From positions 1 to 36,850 of IMG/VR virus record IMGVR_UViG_3300025889_000368: 36,850 bases of DNA. The stretch is one strand, 5' to 3'. Positions 1 through 7,817 of the stretch are shown in pieces (within the stretch, counting starts at the first letter, position 1; each line of letters starts with the position of its first letter). The notes below the pieces were generated by a model. That model was given only the letters and a program-made list of their open reading frames with translations, had not been told where the DNA came from and searched no databases. The position numbers and the translations under genes were made by a program. The DNA comes from a virus (lineage: Duplodnaviria > Caudoviricetes).

Positions 1-1
1 A

Positions 2-169
2 TACCTTTTCGATGTCGCTACCGATTGTGGGGACCTTGACAGCGTTCCCGATTGGCTTCGTAACCACATTGACTGGGTGTTCGTGGGGCGGGACGCCCGA
101 TTCAACGGAGAGTTTCGTGCAGAGCGCCTGCCGGACAGCTACGACTGGGCGGTCTTCCGTAACCTCTAA
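2..169 (+). CDS. ardA: ArdA-like antirestriction protein, C-terminal fragment (5'-truncated by the window edge)
   Basis: Not in the ORF track. Frame 2 reads YLFDVATDCGDLDSVPDWLRNHIDWVFVGRDARFNGEFRAERLPDSYDWAVFRNL* with TAA at 167-169. This fits the ArdA C-terminal pattern (I/V)P..L..(Y/H)ID(Y/W)...GRD....G.F.......VF(R). Recognised from memory. Confidence 0.65.
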   Translation, partial: YLFDVATDCGDLDSVPDWLRNHIDWVFVGRDARFNGEFRAERLPDSYDWAVFRNL

Positions 170-220
170 AGGGCTAAACAATCCAGAAAAAGTTTCTGGA
201 AAACATTTCCAAGGAGGAGT
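169..220 (+). repeat. Early-gene cassette repeat, copy 1 (52 bp; double palindrome + SD)
   Basis: aagggctaaacaatccagaaaaagtttctggaaaacatttccaaggaggagt. Contains TCCAGAAA-AAG-TTTCTGGA (182-200), GGAAA-ACA-TTTCC (198-210) and AAGGAGG, with ATG at 225. 51/52 identical to 1015-1066. Confidence 0.95.
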
Positions 221-224
221 GACC

Positions 225-701
225 ATGTACTACGCAGAAATCGGCACCGTATCCCACGCTACGCTCCGCCCCGACGATTTGCTCGACGCTTTCGCAGAGA
301 CGTTGAACGCACTGGCGGAGTACCGCGCACTGTCCGACGACTCCCGCAACACTGTAGAGCTTGTGGGCTGGACCCACGACGTACTGGCCCACGTCGAGCG
401 GGAGCGGGAAGGTGGTGACGCTCCGGGGTACGAGGAGATGTGGGAGCTTGTGTGGATGCTGGAGGAAGTGCTGTCGGCCTATGCCGCCCCCGGCACCTAT
501 TTCGGGGCGCACGAGGGTGACGGGTCCGATTTCGGCTTCTGGCCCGATTGGGACTATCTGGACAGCATCTCCCACGTCTCCGACCCGTGCGAGCTTGACA
601 CCATGGGCGGATATGAGTGTGCCCACGTCAACGACCATGGAAACGTGACCATGTACGTTCGTGAAGGCGACGAATGGCGGGCAATTTGGTCCGTCGTTTG
701 A
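225..701 (+). CDS. Acidic phage hypothetical protein (GTVSHATLR...YFGAHEGDGSDFGFW type)
   Basis: Start moved from 12 to ATG 225, which has a strong SD (AAGGAGG). Very D/E-rich. The motifs resemble an uncharacterised phage early-protein family. Confidence 0.8.
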   Translation: MYYAEIGTVSHATLRPDDLLDAFAETLNALAEYRALSDDSRNTVELVGWTHDVLAHVEREREGGDAPGYEEMWELVWMLEEVLSAYAAPGTYFGAHEGDGSDFGFWPDWDYLDSISHVSDPCELDTMGGYECAHVNDHGNVTMYVREGDEWRAIWSVV

Positions 702-716
702 AGTCTACGAGCAAGA

Positions 717-740
717 CTGGGAAAACATTTTCAAGGAGGA
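717..740 (+). repeat. Early-gene cassette repeat, partial copy
   Basis: ctgggaaaacattttcaaggagga matches the 3' half of the 52-bp repeat and precedes ATG 748. Confidence 0.85.
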
Positions 741-747
741 AACTGAG

Positions 748-1023
748 ATGAGCACCGACGCATACCGCTGGGACGCCGAGGCTGGCTGCTACTTGATGGA
801 CACAGCCGCTGGCCCGCGCCCCTACGACCCCGTGATCTACCACATCCCGCCGACCGGCGACATCAGCGTGGATGTCACCAAACGGAGCCCTAGCGGCCCG
901 TTTGATGTCACGGTGATCGACGAGGACACTGGCCTCTCGCTCGGCACCCGTACATTCGCTGACCGCCGTGCCGCCCTCGACTACGCCCGCCTATGCTACC
1001 GCGCCGAGGGAGGCAAGGGCTAA
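748..1023 (+). CDS. Hypothetical early protein
   Basis: ATG 748 follows AAGGAGG; MSTDAYRWDAEAG... Its stop codon lies inside repeat copy 2. Confidence 0.75.
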   Translation: MSTDAYRWDAEAGCYLMDTAAGPRPYDPVIYHIPPTGDISVDVTKRSPSGPFDVTVIDEDTGLSLGTRTFADRRAALDYARLCYRAEGGKG

Positions 1024-1066
1024 ACAATCCAGAAAAAGTTTCTGGAAAACATTTTCAAGGAGGAGT
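1015..1066 (+). repeat. Early-gene cassette repeat, copy 2 (52 bp)
   Basis: aagggctaaacaatccagaaaaagtttctggaaaacattttcaaggaggagt; one mismatch to 169-220; ATG at 1070. Confidence 0.95.
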
Positions 1067-1069
1067 CAG

Positions 1070-1501
1070 ATGCCCAAGGTCGAAATTAAAAACCACGATG
1101 GCATCGTGCTGAAAGTCGTGGAGGGTGTGGATATGAGGCTTGCGGACCTGAAGGGTGTGGATCTGAGGCTTGCGAATCTGAAAGGTGCGGACCTGAGGTG
1201 TGCGGATCTGACCTTTGCGAATCTGGAGGGTGCGAATCTGGAGGGTGCGGATCTAAGGTGTGCGGATCTGAAGGGTGCGGATCTAAGGCGTTCAAATCTG
1301 ACGGGTGCGGATCTGGCGTTTGCGAATTTCAGGGATGCGGACCTAAGGGGTGCGGATCTGAGGTTTGCGAATCTGAGGTCTGCTAATCTGAGGTTTGCGA
1401 ATCTAAGCTTTGCGAATCTGAGGTTTGCGGATCTAGAGGGTGTGGATATGTGGGGTGCGAATATGGAGGGTGCGAGCAGCGACTCTGATCTTAAGGTATA
1501 G
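1070..1501 (+). CDS. Pentapeptide repeat protein (A[D/N]Lxx), paralog 1
   Basis: About 20 tandem ADLxx/ANLxx repeats after a short MPKVEIKNHDGIVLKVVEG leader. Start moved to ATG 1070 (SD AGGAGG). Confidence 0.95.
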   Translation: MPKVEIKNHDGIVLKVVEGVDMRLADLKGVDLRLANLKGADLRCADLTFANLEGANLEGADLRCADLKGADLRRSNLTGADLAFANFRDADLRGADLRFANLRSANLRFANLSFANLRFADLEGVDMWGANMEGASSDSDLKV

Positions 1502-1504
1502 ATG

Positions 1505-1538
1505 CAAAAAACATTTTTGGAAAACATTTCCAAGGAGA
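1505..1538 (+). repeat. Early-gene cassette repeat, variant copy
   Basis: CAAAAA-ACA-TTTTTG (1505-1519) plus GGAAA-ACA-TTTCC (1519-1531) plus AAGGAGA. Same 13-bp centre-to-centre spacing as copy 1. Confidence 0.85.
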
Positions 1539-1559
1539 CAACCGACCGGAGGGAGATGC

Positions 1560-1781
1560 ATGAAGTGTGCGGTCGCAGGGTGTGAGGAGACTGTTCACCC
1601 CGTTCGGGTGGAGTGTGGGATCTACACCTGTATGACACATGGCAACCATGCAAAGACGCAAGGCGTAATGGTGCCGAGCAACGGTAAATGTGGAATGACT
1701 CTGCAACTAATCCACGGAGAAGCCACACACTTGCAGGGTCTTATGAAGAAGCAAACTCAGCGCAATCGCTGGGCTGGATAA
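1560..1781 (+). CDS. Small Cys/His protein, possible DksA/TraR-like zinc finger
   Basis: ATG 1560 after GGAGGGAG. MKCAVAGCEETVHPVRVECGIYTCMTH resembles C..C...IHP.R...G...C..C zinc fingers. Confidence 0.55.
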   Translation: MKCAVAGCEETVHPVRVECGIYTCMTHGNHAKTQGVMVPSNGKCGMTLQLIHGEATHLQGLMKKQTQRNRWAG

Positions 1782-1788
1782 ACCAAAC

Positions 1789-1814
1789 GGGAAAAAATTT
1801 TTCCCAAAGGAGAG
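1789..1814 (+). repeat. Early-gene cassette element (single palindrome + SD)
   Basis: GGGAAAA-AAT-TTTTCCC (1789-1805) followed by AAAGGAGA; ATG at 1819. Confidence 0.8.
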
Positions 1815-1818
1815 AGTC

Positions 1819-2394
1819 ATGAGCGAGATCGAAATCAGAGACAACAAGGGCATCGTGCTACACACCGTAGAGGGAGATAGTCTCAGGAGAGCGCTTCTCG
1901 TGGGAGCGGATCTCGCGGGAGCGGATCTCAGGGGTGCCGATCTGAGGGAAGCGGACCTCAGGCGTGCTGATCTCAGGTGTGCTGACCTCAGGGGAGCGGA
2001 TCTCACAAGAGCGTATCTCGTGGGAGCGAATCTCAGAGGAGCGGATCTCAGTGGAGCGTACCTCACGGGAGCGGATCTCGGGGGGGTTGATCTGATGGAG
2101 GCGGATCTGGAGATGGCGCTTCTCGTGGGAGCGAATCTCAGGGGAGCGAATCTCAGTGGAGCGAATCTCAGGATTACTTATCTCAGGCGTGCGGATCTGA
2201 GGGAAGTGGATTTCAGGGGTGCGAATCTGGAGTTGGCGGATCTCAGGGAAGCAGATATCACGGGAGTGAATCTCACGGGAGTAAATCTCAGGGTGGCGAA
2301 TCTCGCGGGAGCTGATCTCAAAGGAGCGGATCTCAGGGGAGCGAATCTCAGGGGAACCCTCCTCGAAGGAGTGAGGTTGGGAGGTGACGCATGA
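1819..2394 (+). CDS. Pentapeptide repeat protein, paralog 2
   Basis: About 30 A[D/N]LxG-type repeats. Leader MSEIEIRDNKGIVLHTVEG is homologous to that of paralog 1. Confidence 0.95.
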   Translation: MSEIEIRDNKGIVLHTVEGDSLRRALLVGADLAGADLRGADLREADLRRADLRCADLRGADLTRAYLVGANLRGADLSGAYLTGADLGGVDLMEADLEMALLVGANLRGANLSGANLRITYLRRADLREVDFRGANLELADLREADITGVNLTGVNLRVANLAGADLKGADLRGANLRGTLLEGVRLGGDA

Positions 2395-2603
2395 AGTACA
2401 CACACTTTCTTGTCGAGTACTACGACCAAGTATCTGGTCGATGGGGGGAGCGCATGTTCACGAGCCGCAAGCGGGCCGATGTCTACATGGATGCAATCCA
2501 TGATCTACTAAAGACATCGGGGGACGCACACCCGATGGTAGCTATGCAATTTCTGACCACACAGCAGGGAGAGAACTGGCGCAAGCCAAAGAGGAGCAGG
2601 TAA
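2391..2603 (+). CDS. Hypothetical protein
   Basis: ATGA overlap with the upstream stop; SD GGAGG. Confidence 0.7.
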   Translation: MKYTHFLVEYYDQVSGRWGERMFTSRKRADVYMDAIHDLLKTSGDAHPMVAMQFLTTQQGENWRKPKRSR

Positions 2604-2609
2604 CGCAGG

Positions 2610-2637
2610 CCAGAAAATATTTCTGGGAAAAATTTCC
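2610..2637 (+). repeat. Early-gene cassette repeat, variant copy (double palindrome)
   Basis: CCAGAAA-ATA-TTTCTGG (2610-2626) plus GGGAA-AAA-TTTCC (2625-2637), 13-bp spacing, in the intergenic gap after the 2603 stop. Confidence 0.85.
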
Positions 2638-2693
2638 GCAGGCAATCGCCTACCTATCACAGCGGCATTTGCCGCAAACAAGGAGATAGCACA

Positions 2694-2945
2694 ATGAGCA
2701 TCGAAGAACTTCTGGCGTCCGCAACCCCTTACGCCGCAGACCAGATCGCATGGGAGCTTGAGATGGAGATTGATAGACTGGAGCGATCTCTGGATTCACA
2801 AGACTGGCGCGATGTTGACAGGACGAGAGAAATCATCTCCCAACAAATTGCAGACTTGATCCGTCTCGCTTCGGCACGCTTTCAGGGTGATGCGTTTTGC
2901 AACAATCCATCGCATCACGACCCATCCCAGATGGATCTGTTTTGA
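2694..2945 (+). CDS. Acidic helical hypothetical protein
   Basis: SD AAGGAG upstream of ATG 2694; 83 aa. Confidence 0.75.
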   Translation: MSIEELLASATPYAADQIAWELEMEIDRLERSLDSQDWRDVDRTREIISQQIADLIRLASARFQGDAFCNNPSHHDPSQMDLF

Positions 2946-2966
2946 TTCCCCCAAGAGATCTTCAGC

Positions 2967-3527
2967 ATGAATACAAAAATATTTCTTGTGCTTTTATTTC
3001 TGGTCGCAGTGTGGCCGAGCCACTTCATGTCTCTGGAGATGCCCGAGGGTCGGCTGGTGGTCCCAGAGCCGTTAGAGAGCGATTCTGGGCCTTTGGCGGC
3101 ACATCTGAAGAATGTCCGGTGGTCCTGTCCGGGCGAGGGGTGCCTGAGTGAGAGTGACATAGATCGCCTCGCTGGAGAAATTTTTTCTCAGGCAGACAGT
3201 CTAGATCTGGATGTTGCTTTGTTAGTCGGCATACTCATGGTCGAGAATCCTTGGCTTGATTCTCTGGCAGTATCAAGTGCGGGTGCGGTGGGGTTGTATC
3301 AAGTCATGCCCATGCACAGGGAGGCGTGGCCGGAATGCGAGGATGCAATAGAGACAGTGGCGGGATCTGTATGCCACGGTTCCGTAATCATTCACGATTT
3401 TCTACAGAGGAGAGATAGCAGGGACATGGCCTTGCTTGCATACAACGGATGCAAGGGAGGGCCGTGCGAGGTGTACCCAGAAAAAGTTTCTGGATATTCA
3501 GAACAATTTCTCCCGGAGACATGGTAA
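2967..3527 (+). CDS. SLT-family lytic transglycosylase with N-terminal signal/anchor
   Basis: SLT motifs ILMVEN (catalytic E), AVSSAGAVGLYQVMP and ALLAYNG; hydrophobic N-terminus IFLVLLFLVAVWP. Confidence 0.9.
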   Translation: MNTKIFLVLLFLVAVWPSHFMSLEMPEGRLVVPEPLESDSGPLAAHLKNVRWSCPGEGCLSESDIDRLAGEIFSQADSLDLDVALLVGILMVENPWLDSLAVSSAGAVGLYQVMPMHREAWPECEDAIETVAGSVCHGSVIIHDFLQRRDSRDMALLAYNGCKGGPCEVYPEKVSGYSEQFLPETW

Positions 3528-3539
3528 AAGAGGATAGTT

Positions 3540-3812
3540 ATGAGTGACGAAATGAAGGACCTTCCACGGAAGGAAAAAATCAGGAAGAGGCAGATCACCA
3601 ATCTCAACAAGGCGAGGCATGCACTTCTTGATGCGTCCAACAACCTGAACACAGAAAGAAACGAGTGCGAGTGTTGCGGGTTTGGTCTCTGGAAAGATGA
3701 GCCGGAATCTAGGATTCATAGAAGCCTGATGTCAGCCGTAAAACAGGTCGAAAAGGTTAGGAAAATGATGATACAAGACCTAGAGGACATTGATGAATTG
3801 TTGAGCAGATAG
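3540..3812 (+). CDS. Hypothetical protein (coiled coil with CxCC knuckle)
   Basis: SD AGAGGA; 90 aa; CECCG between two predicted helices. Confidence 0.7.
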   Translation: MSDEMKDLPRKEKIRKRQITNLNKARHALLDASNNLNTERNECECCGFGLWKDEPESRIHRSLMSAVKQVEKVRKMMIQDLEDIDELLSR

Positions 3813-3820
3813 GGCGGTGG

Positions 3821-3849
3821 TTGACAACAATACCATTTTGTATTAAATT
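3821..3849 (+). promoter_or_regulatory. Sigma70-type promoter upstream of the AAA+/vWA operon
   Basis: TTGACA (3821-3826), 17-bp spacer, TAAATT (3844-3849), in an AT-rich intergenic gap. Confidence 0.75.
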
Positions 3850-3910
3850 TATTACAGGTTAGAAATCTACTAACCAATCACGGGCCGCAGCGCCCAAGCC
3901 GGAGGCAGTA

Positions 3911-5107
3911 ATGAGCAGCTATACGAGCAAGACGATTACGCCGCAGGACGCAGTAGAGATCATGGCAGACTTGTCATGGCCGATGAGGTCCAAGCTCCTG
4001 ACCATCATGCTGGGGTTCGTTGGTCAGGGCAAAACCGTAGGTGCAAGACTGGCTTCAGAAAAAATTTCTGAGAATCTGGGTCGCACACTGGTGAACATGC
4101 GTGACCTCGACCGCGCACCGAACGACGAGGAGTTCGTTTACTGGGAGATCAACTGCGCTACTTCTGATCGAAGCGACTTTCAGATCCCGTGGATTGAGGA
4201 CGGGTCCTACGATCTCATGGTGTTGCAGACGTTCCGACTTCTTGCAGAAAACCCGAACGCACATGGCATGATCGTGCTTGACGAGATCGCCAAAAATCCT
4301 GAGTTGGCACCGATTTTTGCGGAGATTGCCAGAGAGCGGAGATTTGGCACCACGTTCAGACTGCCAGACAACATCATGGTTGTGGGTACGGGCAACCGAG
4401 CAACGGACAACGCAAGCTCATTCGAGCTACCGGAGGATCTTCGCAATCGTGCAATGATCCTCGACGTTGAGTCAACTGTTGAAAGCTTCATCGACCATGA
4501 GGGGAGTAGGCTCGACCCTACACTTGTCGCTGCGCTCAGGCTTCTGGCCGGGACACGAGACAGCCGGTTGGCCATCAGCTATGGGGATAAAGTGAAGGCA
4601 TCCTCAGATGCACAGAAATGCACGTTCCGTAGCATGTCGTGCTTTAGCGATGTTATCAAATTGGATTCTTGGGATTGGAATAAGCCGCACCATAGACACG
4701 CAGGTGCAGGACTGATCGGCTCCTCTGCATTCACTTCGATTGCGGCATGTCAGGACTTTGGCACCCAACTGGTTGCGGTCAACTCATACTTCGATGACCC
4801 CGAGGCAAACAAGTCCGAGATCGTGGATGTGTTCGTGAACAACAGCCTTGGTGTGGACGCCATGGGGGACTTCAGGTATGCGCTGATGGTGAGCTTCCTG
4901 AACAGGATAAAAAAGGACGCGAGCAATTTCGAGACGGCATGTAAGTACCTCGACATCATTGGCGACACCGACCTCTACCGCTCGTTCCTTGAGTGCGCGA
5001 GACAGATGAACGAGTCGTTCGCTAAGACGAGTCGGTATGCGAACAGTCGTGCGGCTGACATCCGCCACACTGCGACCAGAAATAAAATCATAAAAAATAT
5101 TTTTTGA
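3911..5107 (+). CDS. MoxR-like AAA+ ATPase
   Basis: Walker A GFVGQGKT, Walker B MIVLDEI, sensor-1 VVGTGNR, arginine finger LPEDLRNR; near a vWA gene. Confidence 0.85.
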   Translation: MSSYTSKTITPQDAVEIMADLSWPMRSKLLTIMLGFVGQGKTVGARLASEKISENLGRTLVNMRDLDRAPNDEEFVYWEINCATSDRSDFQIPWIEDGSYDLMVLQTFRLLAENPNAHGMIVLDEIAKNPELAPIFAEIARERRFGTTFRLPDNIMVVGTGNRATDNASSFELPEDLRNRAMILDVESTVESFIDHEGSRLDPTLVAALRLLAGTRDSRLAISYGDKVKASSDAQKCTFRSMSCFSDVIKLDSWDWNKPHHRHAGAGLIGSSAFTSIAACQDFGTQLVAVNSYFDDPEANKSEIVDVFVNNSLGVDAMGDFRYALMVSFLNRIKKDASNFETACKYLDIIGDTDLYRSFLECARQMNESFAKTSRYANSRAADIRHTATRNKIIKNIF

Positions 5108-5140
5108 GAAAAAATTTCTCACATCCACAGGAGCCTCGAC

Positions 5141-6151
5141 ATGAGGACTATCGAAGCAGAGCAGTATTTCGTTTGCAGCCTTGAGGTGAACAAATTCACC
5201 GGCACCAAGGGCGACAAGGAGATGAAGTCCCAGCTTGTTGATTACGATAACAAGCGTGTGGGCGCTACCTTCCACCGCATCCCCACCAAGTACTTCACGG
5301 CCATCCGCAAGGCCGAGGCGATGGGACGGGAAGCCTTGGCTGACGGCAACTGGCTATGGACATCCAAGCAGCCCGGAGAGTCCGGGAGATCGTCGTCGCT
5401 GGATGGGTATCTCGTTCATCACGAAGACTTCTACGAACTAGACAAGCGCATGACCGCAGCTAGGAATGCTTTCTGGTCTGCTGTCGAAGAAAATATTATC
5501 CGCATGTACGATTGGCATCGTCGGCAGGGCATCTATGCCTACAGGGAGGCCACTGGTAATGAGATGTCAGAATCCCAAATGGAACGGTTCTACCCACATG
5601 TTTCTGAGGTAAAAAAGTCCTTCGACTTTCGGTTCAAGCCCTTGCCATTGTACGGGGTCCAGAGCGATACGGATTCACCAAGCAGATGGCACCCATCGTG
5701 GAGCAACGAGAAGCGGGACCTGTTCGAGCGTGTGCAACAGGCTGCAATCGAAGATCAAAGCCGTAGAGTCCAGAGCGGCATGGAGAATCTTGTCGGACGA
5801 GTTCTGGAGGTGGCCCGCAAGCAGGCAGAAAATATTTCTCAATACAAAAATTCTGATGATGGCCCAAACGGCAGCTTGCCTTATGCGAACACATGGTCCG
5901 CTATGCAAGACCTTGCAGACGAACTGAGCAAGTGGAGCGGCAGGGTTCAAAACGATAACGGTAGGATGCGTGGACTTGCTGCGGACATTTACAACATGAT
6001 GAGCGGTATCAACGCTGCAACTGCGGGGAATATTTCCGATCTCCGTGGCATGATGTCCCATGAACATTCACCGATCCGAGACAAGGTCGGGTCGCAACTG
6101 AAGGACATTGAGCGTTCTGCGTCTTCTGCACTGGAAGACTTGCTTTCTTAA
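5141..6151 (+). CDS. Helical protein of the phage AAA+/vWA module (DUF3150-like)
   Basis: 336 aa, helical, with FYPHVSEVKKSFDFRF. Sits between the ATPase and vWA genes and is preceded by a double palindrome (5092-5121) and SD. Family name is tentative. Confidence 0.55.
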   Translation: MRTIEAEQYFVCSLEVNKFTGTKGDKEMKSQLVDYDNKRVGATFHRIPTKYFTAIRKAEAMGREALADGNWLWTSKQPGESGRSSSLDGYLVHHEDFYELDKRMTAARNAFWSAVEENIIRMYDWHRRQGIYAYREATGNEMSESQMERFYPHVSEVKKSFDFRFKPLPLYGVQSDTDSPSRWHPSWSNEKRDLFERVQQAAIEDQSRRVQSGMENLVGRVLEVARKQAENISQYKNSDDGPNGSLPYANTWSAMQDLADELSKWSGRVQNDNGRMRGLAADIYNMMSGINAATAGNISDLRGMMSHEHSPIRDKVGSQLKDIERSASSALEDLLS

Positions 6152-6174
6152 CCCATTCTCAATCGGAGAATAAA

Positions 6175-7503
6175 ATGAGCCTTACCGCCCAGCAGGAGAC
6201 ACAGGCGCACCGTCTGTCCGTAGCCAAGTCCGAATGCTACAGATTGTCCATGGCAAGTGCCGCAATCTTGGGACCTATCCCAATCTTGATTGACGACAGG
6301 CAACCGACTGCGTGTACCGATGGCAAGAAAATTTATTTCAGCTCTGTTTTTGCCGAGACACTCAACCCGCTAGAGATTAACGGTACGATCATCCACGAAT
6401 CCCTGCACATCCAACTCATGCACTCGCTACGCATGACCATGTTGGTCGAGCGTGGCTTTACTCCACATGAGATCAATGTTGCCGCTGACTACATTGTCAA
6501 TGGCAAGATGAGAAGGATGAGGGGGTATGGTTCCTCGTTCTTGTTGCCAGATGGTGCGCTGTTTCACGATGTTTTTTCTGCTTCCGACGAGTACAGTCTG
6601 GAGTATGTGTGCGAGGAGCTACGCAAGAACCCGCCCCCGCAACCACAGGGCCAACCCCAACCACAGAACGGTGGCGAGAGCGGTCAGGAAGACGGCACAG
6701 GCCCTTCGGAGCCCCAAGAGGGACAAGGACAGGGACAGGAAGACAAGAACGCTCCACCCGTCTCTGCCGGGACAGGCCCCGGTGACATCATCCCGATGCC
6801 CGACATCGACGCGGATGATCCACGACAGGTTCAGGAAGCAGTCAACGACATTCAGGACCGTCTCACCCGCGCCCAGATCGCAGAGAAGGCCACGGGCATG
6901 GGTAGTGGTGTGGGCACAACTGTTGTCGACAACTCCGACTTGGTGTCAAAGACTGTACCGCTTCAGACCATCAAGAAGTTTATCCGAGATCATGTAAAGT
7001 CTGGTCGCACATGGAAGCGCCCGAACCGTAGATTTATTTCTCAAAAAATTTATATGCCTGCACGCAACATAAACCCCAACAAACTTTACTGCTGCATGGA
7101 TACGAGTGGGTCCGTTGGCATGATTGAGACACAGCAGTTCAGGGACAACTTGGTATCTTGGTCGTCGGTTGGTGGCATAGACAAGCTTATGATGTCATAT
7201 GTCGATAGTCGTATTCACAAGAACGAAGACACAGGCACGCCATGGTTTGAGATCACCACTGCCAGTGGGCGCAATGCCAAGGATATGGTGCTTGAGCTTT
7301 ACGGTGGGGGCGGGACAACGTTCGATCCCATCTTTAATCACATTGCAGAAAACAAAGAGCAGATCCCCGGATTGATTTATTTCACAGACGGCTATGGCCG
7401 AGTCTCTGCACCGAAGCCCCCATTTCCGGTGCTATGGGTGACGACGCATGTAGCCCCGACATTCGTAAACCAGAGGCCATGGGGGGAGGTGGTGTACATC
7501 TGA
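6175..7503 (+). CDS. Metallopeptidase-vWA protein (DUF2201-like)
   Basis: PTACTDGK, HESLH (HExxH), NVAADYIVN, a Q/G/E/P-rich linker, MIDAS DTSGS, GGGGTTFDPIF and YFTDGYG. Confidence 0.9.
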   Translation: MSLTAQQETQAHRLSVAKSECYRLSMASAAILGPIPILIDDRQPTACTDGKKIYFSSVFAETLNPLEINGTIIHESLHIQLMHSLRMTMLVERGFTPHEINVAADYIVNGKMRRMRGYGSSFLLPDGALFHDVFSASDEYSLEYVCEELRKNPPPQPQGQPQPQNGGESGQEDGTGPSEPQEGQGQGQEDKNAPPVSAGTGPGDIIPMPDIDADDPRQVQEAVNDIQDRLTRAQIAEKATGMGSGVGTTVVDNSDLVSKTVPLQTIKKFIRDHVKSGRTWKRPNRRFISQKIYMPARNINPNKLYCCMDTSGSVGMIETQQFRDNLVSWSSVGGIDKLMMSYVDSRIHKNEDTGTPWFEITTASGRNAKDMVLELYGGGGTTFDPIFNHIAENKEQIPGLIYFTDGYGRVSAPKPPFPVLWVTTHVAPTFVNQRPWGEVVYI

Positions 7504-7817
7504 TGCGTATCATGACAATACGAAACGTGCTTCAGGCTCTTGGTCAGGAGGTGGGCACGATGGTCGAGTACGGGACCGGAGAGGTGAGCTGGACCGACCT
7601 AGAAAAATTTTCTGGACAAGCAATTGATGCGGTAAACTTCTTGGACGATGTGGTCGCGGATTTCAACGCGACAATGAAGAAGCACTTTGAATTCTTCGTT
7701 GACATGAAAGCTTCAGATGCGTGGGTCCACATGTCCCCTGCGGAAAGACGAAGGGCTCAGGAAGTGATGAGCGAGATGCGATATATGTATGATTTCTTTT
7801 TCCACGGAGAAAAGTGA
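7503..7817 (+). CDS. Hypothetical protein
   Basis: Probable start ATG 7503, overlapping the upstream TGA; GGAGG upstream. Confidence 0.65.
   Translation: MRIMTIRNVLQALGQEVGTMVEYGTGEVSWTDLEKFSGQAIDAVNFLDDVVADFNATMKKHFEFFVDMKASDAWVHMSPAERRRAQEVMSEMRYMYDFFFHGEK

Noticed and set aside
190-205. Resemblance of the palindrome junction to a CodY box (AATTTTCWGAAAATT)
   Set aside because: Isolated copies have the opposite arrangement (AAA-N3-TTT); the similarity appears only where two sites abut.
12-224. N-terminal extension of ORF 12..701 (similarly 661, 968 and 1440 starts)
   Set aside because: The extensions run through intergenic repeats or upstream genes; strong SDs mark the starts at 225, 748, 1070 and 1560.
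1066-2501. Long minus-strand and alternate-frame ORFs over the pentapeptide genes (RSAPL/RFA and EIRS repeats)
   Set aside because: Shadow ORFs produced by stop-free 15-bp repeats; they have no RBS and conflict with well-supported + strand genes.
169-2637. Early repeats interpreted as a CRISPR array or integron attC sites
   Set aside because: The intervening segments are whole genes of 200-800 bp, there is no cas or integrase gene, and no GTTRRRY/RYYYAAC cores are evident.
2640-2676. Small inverted repeats (gcggca-tt-tgccgc) as a terminator
   Set aside because: Short stem, tiny loop and no U-tract; cannot be supported.
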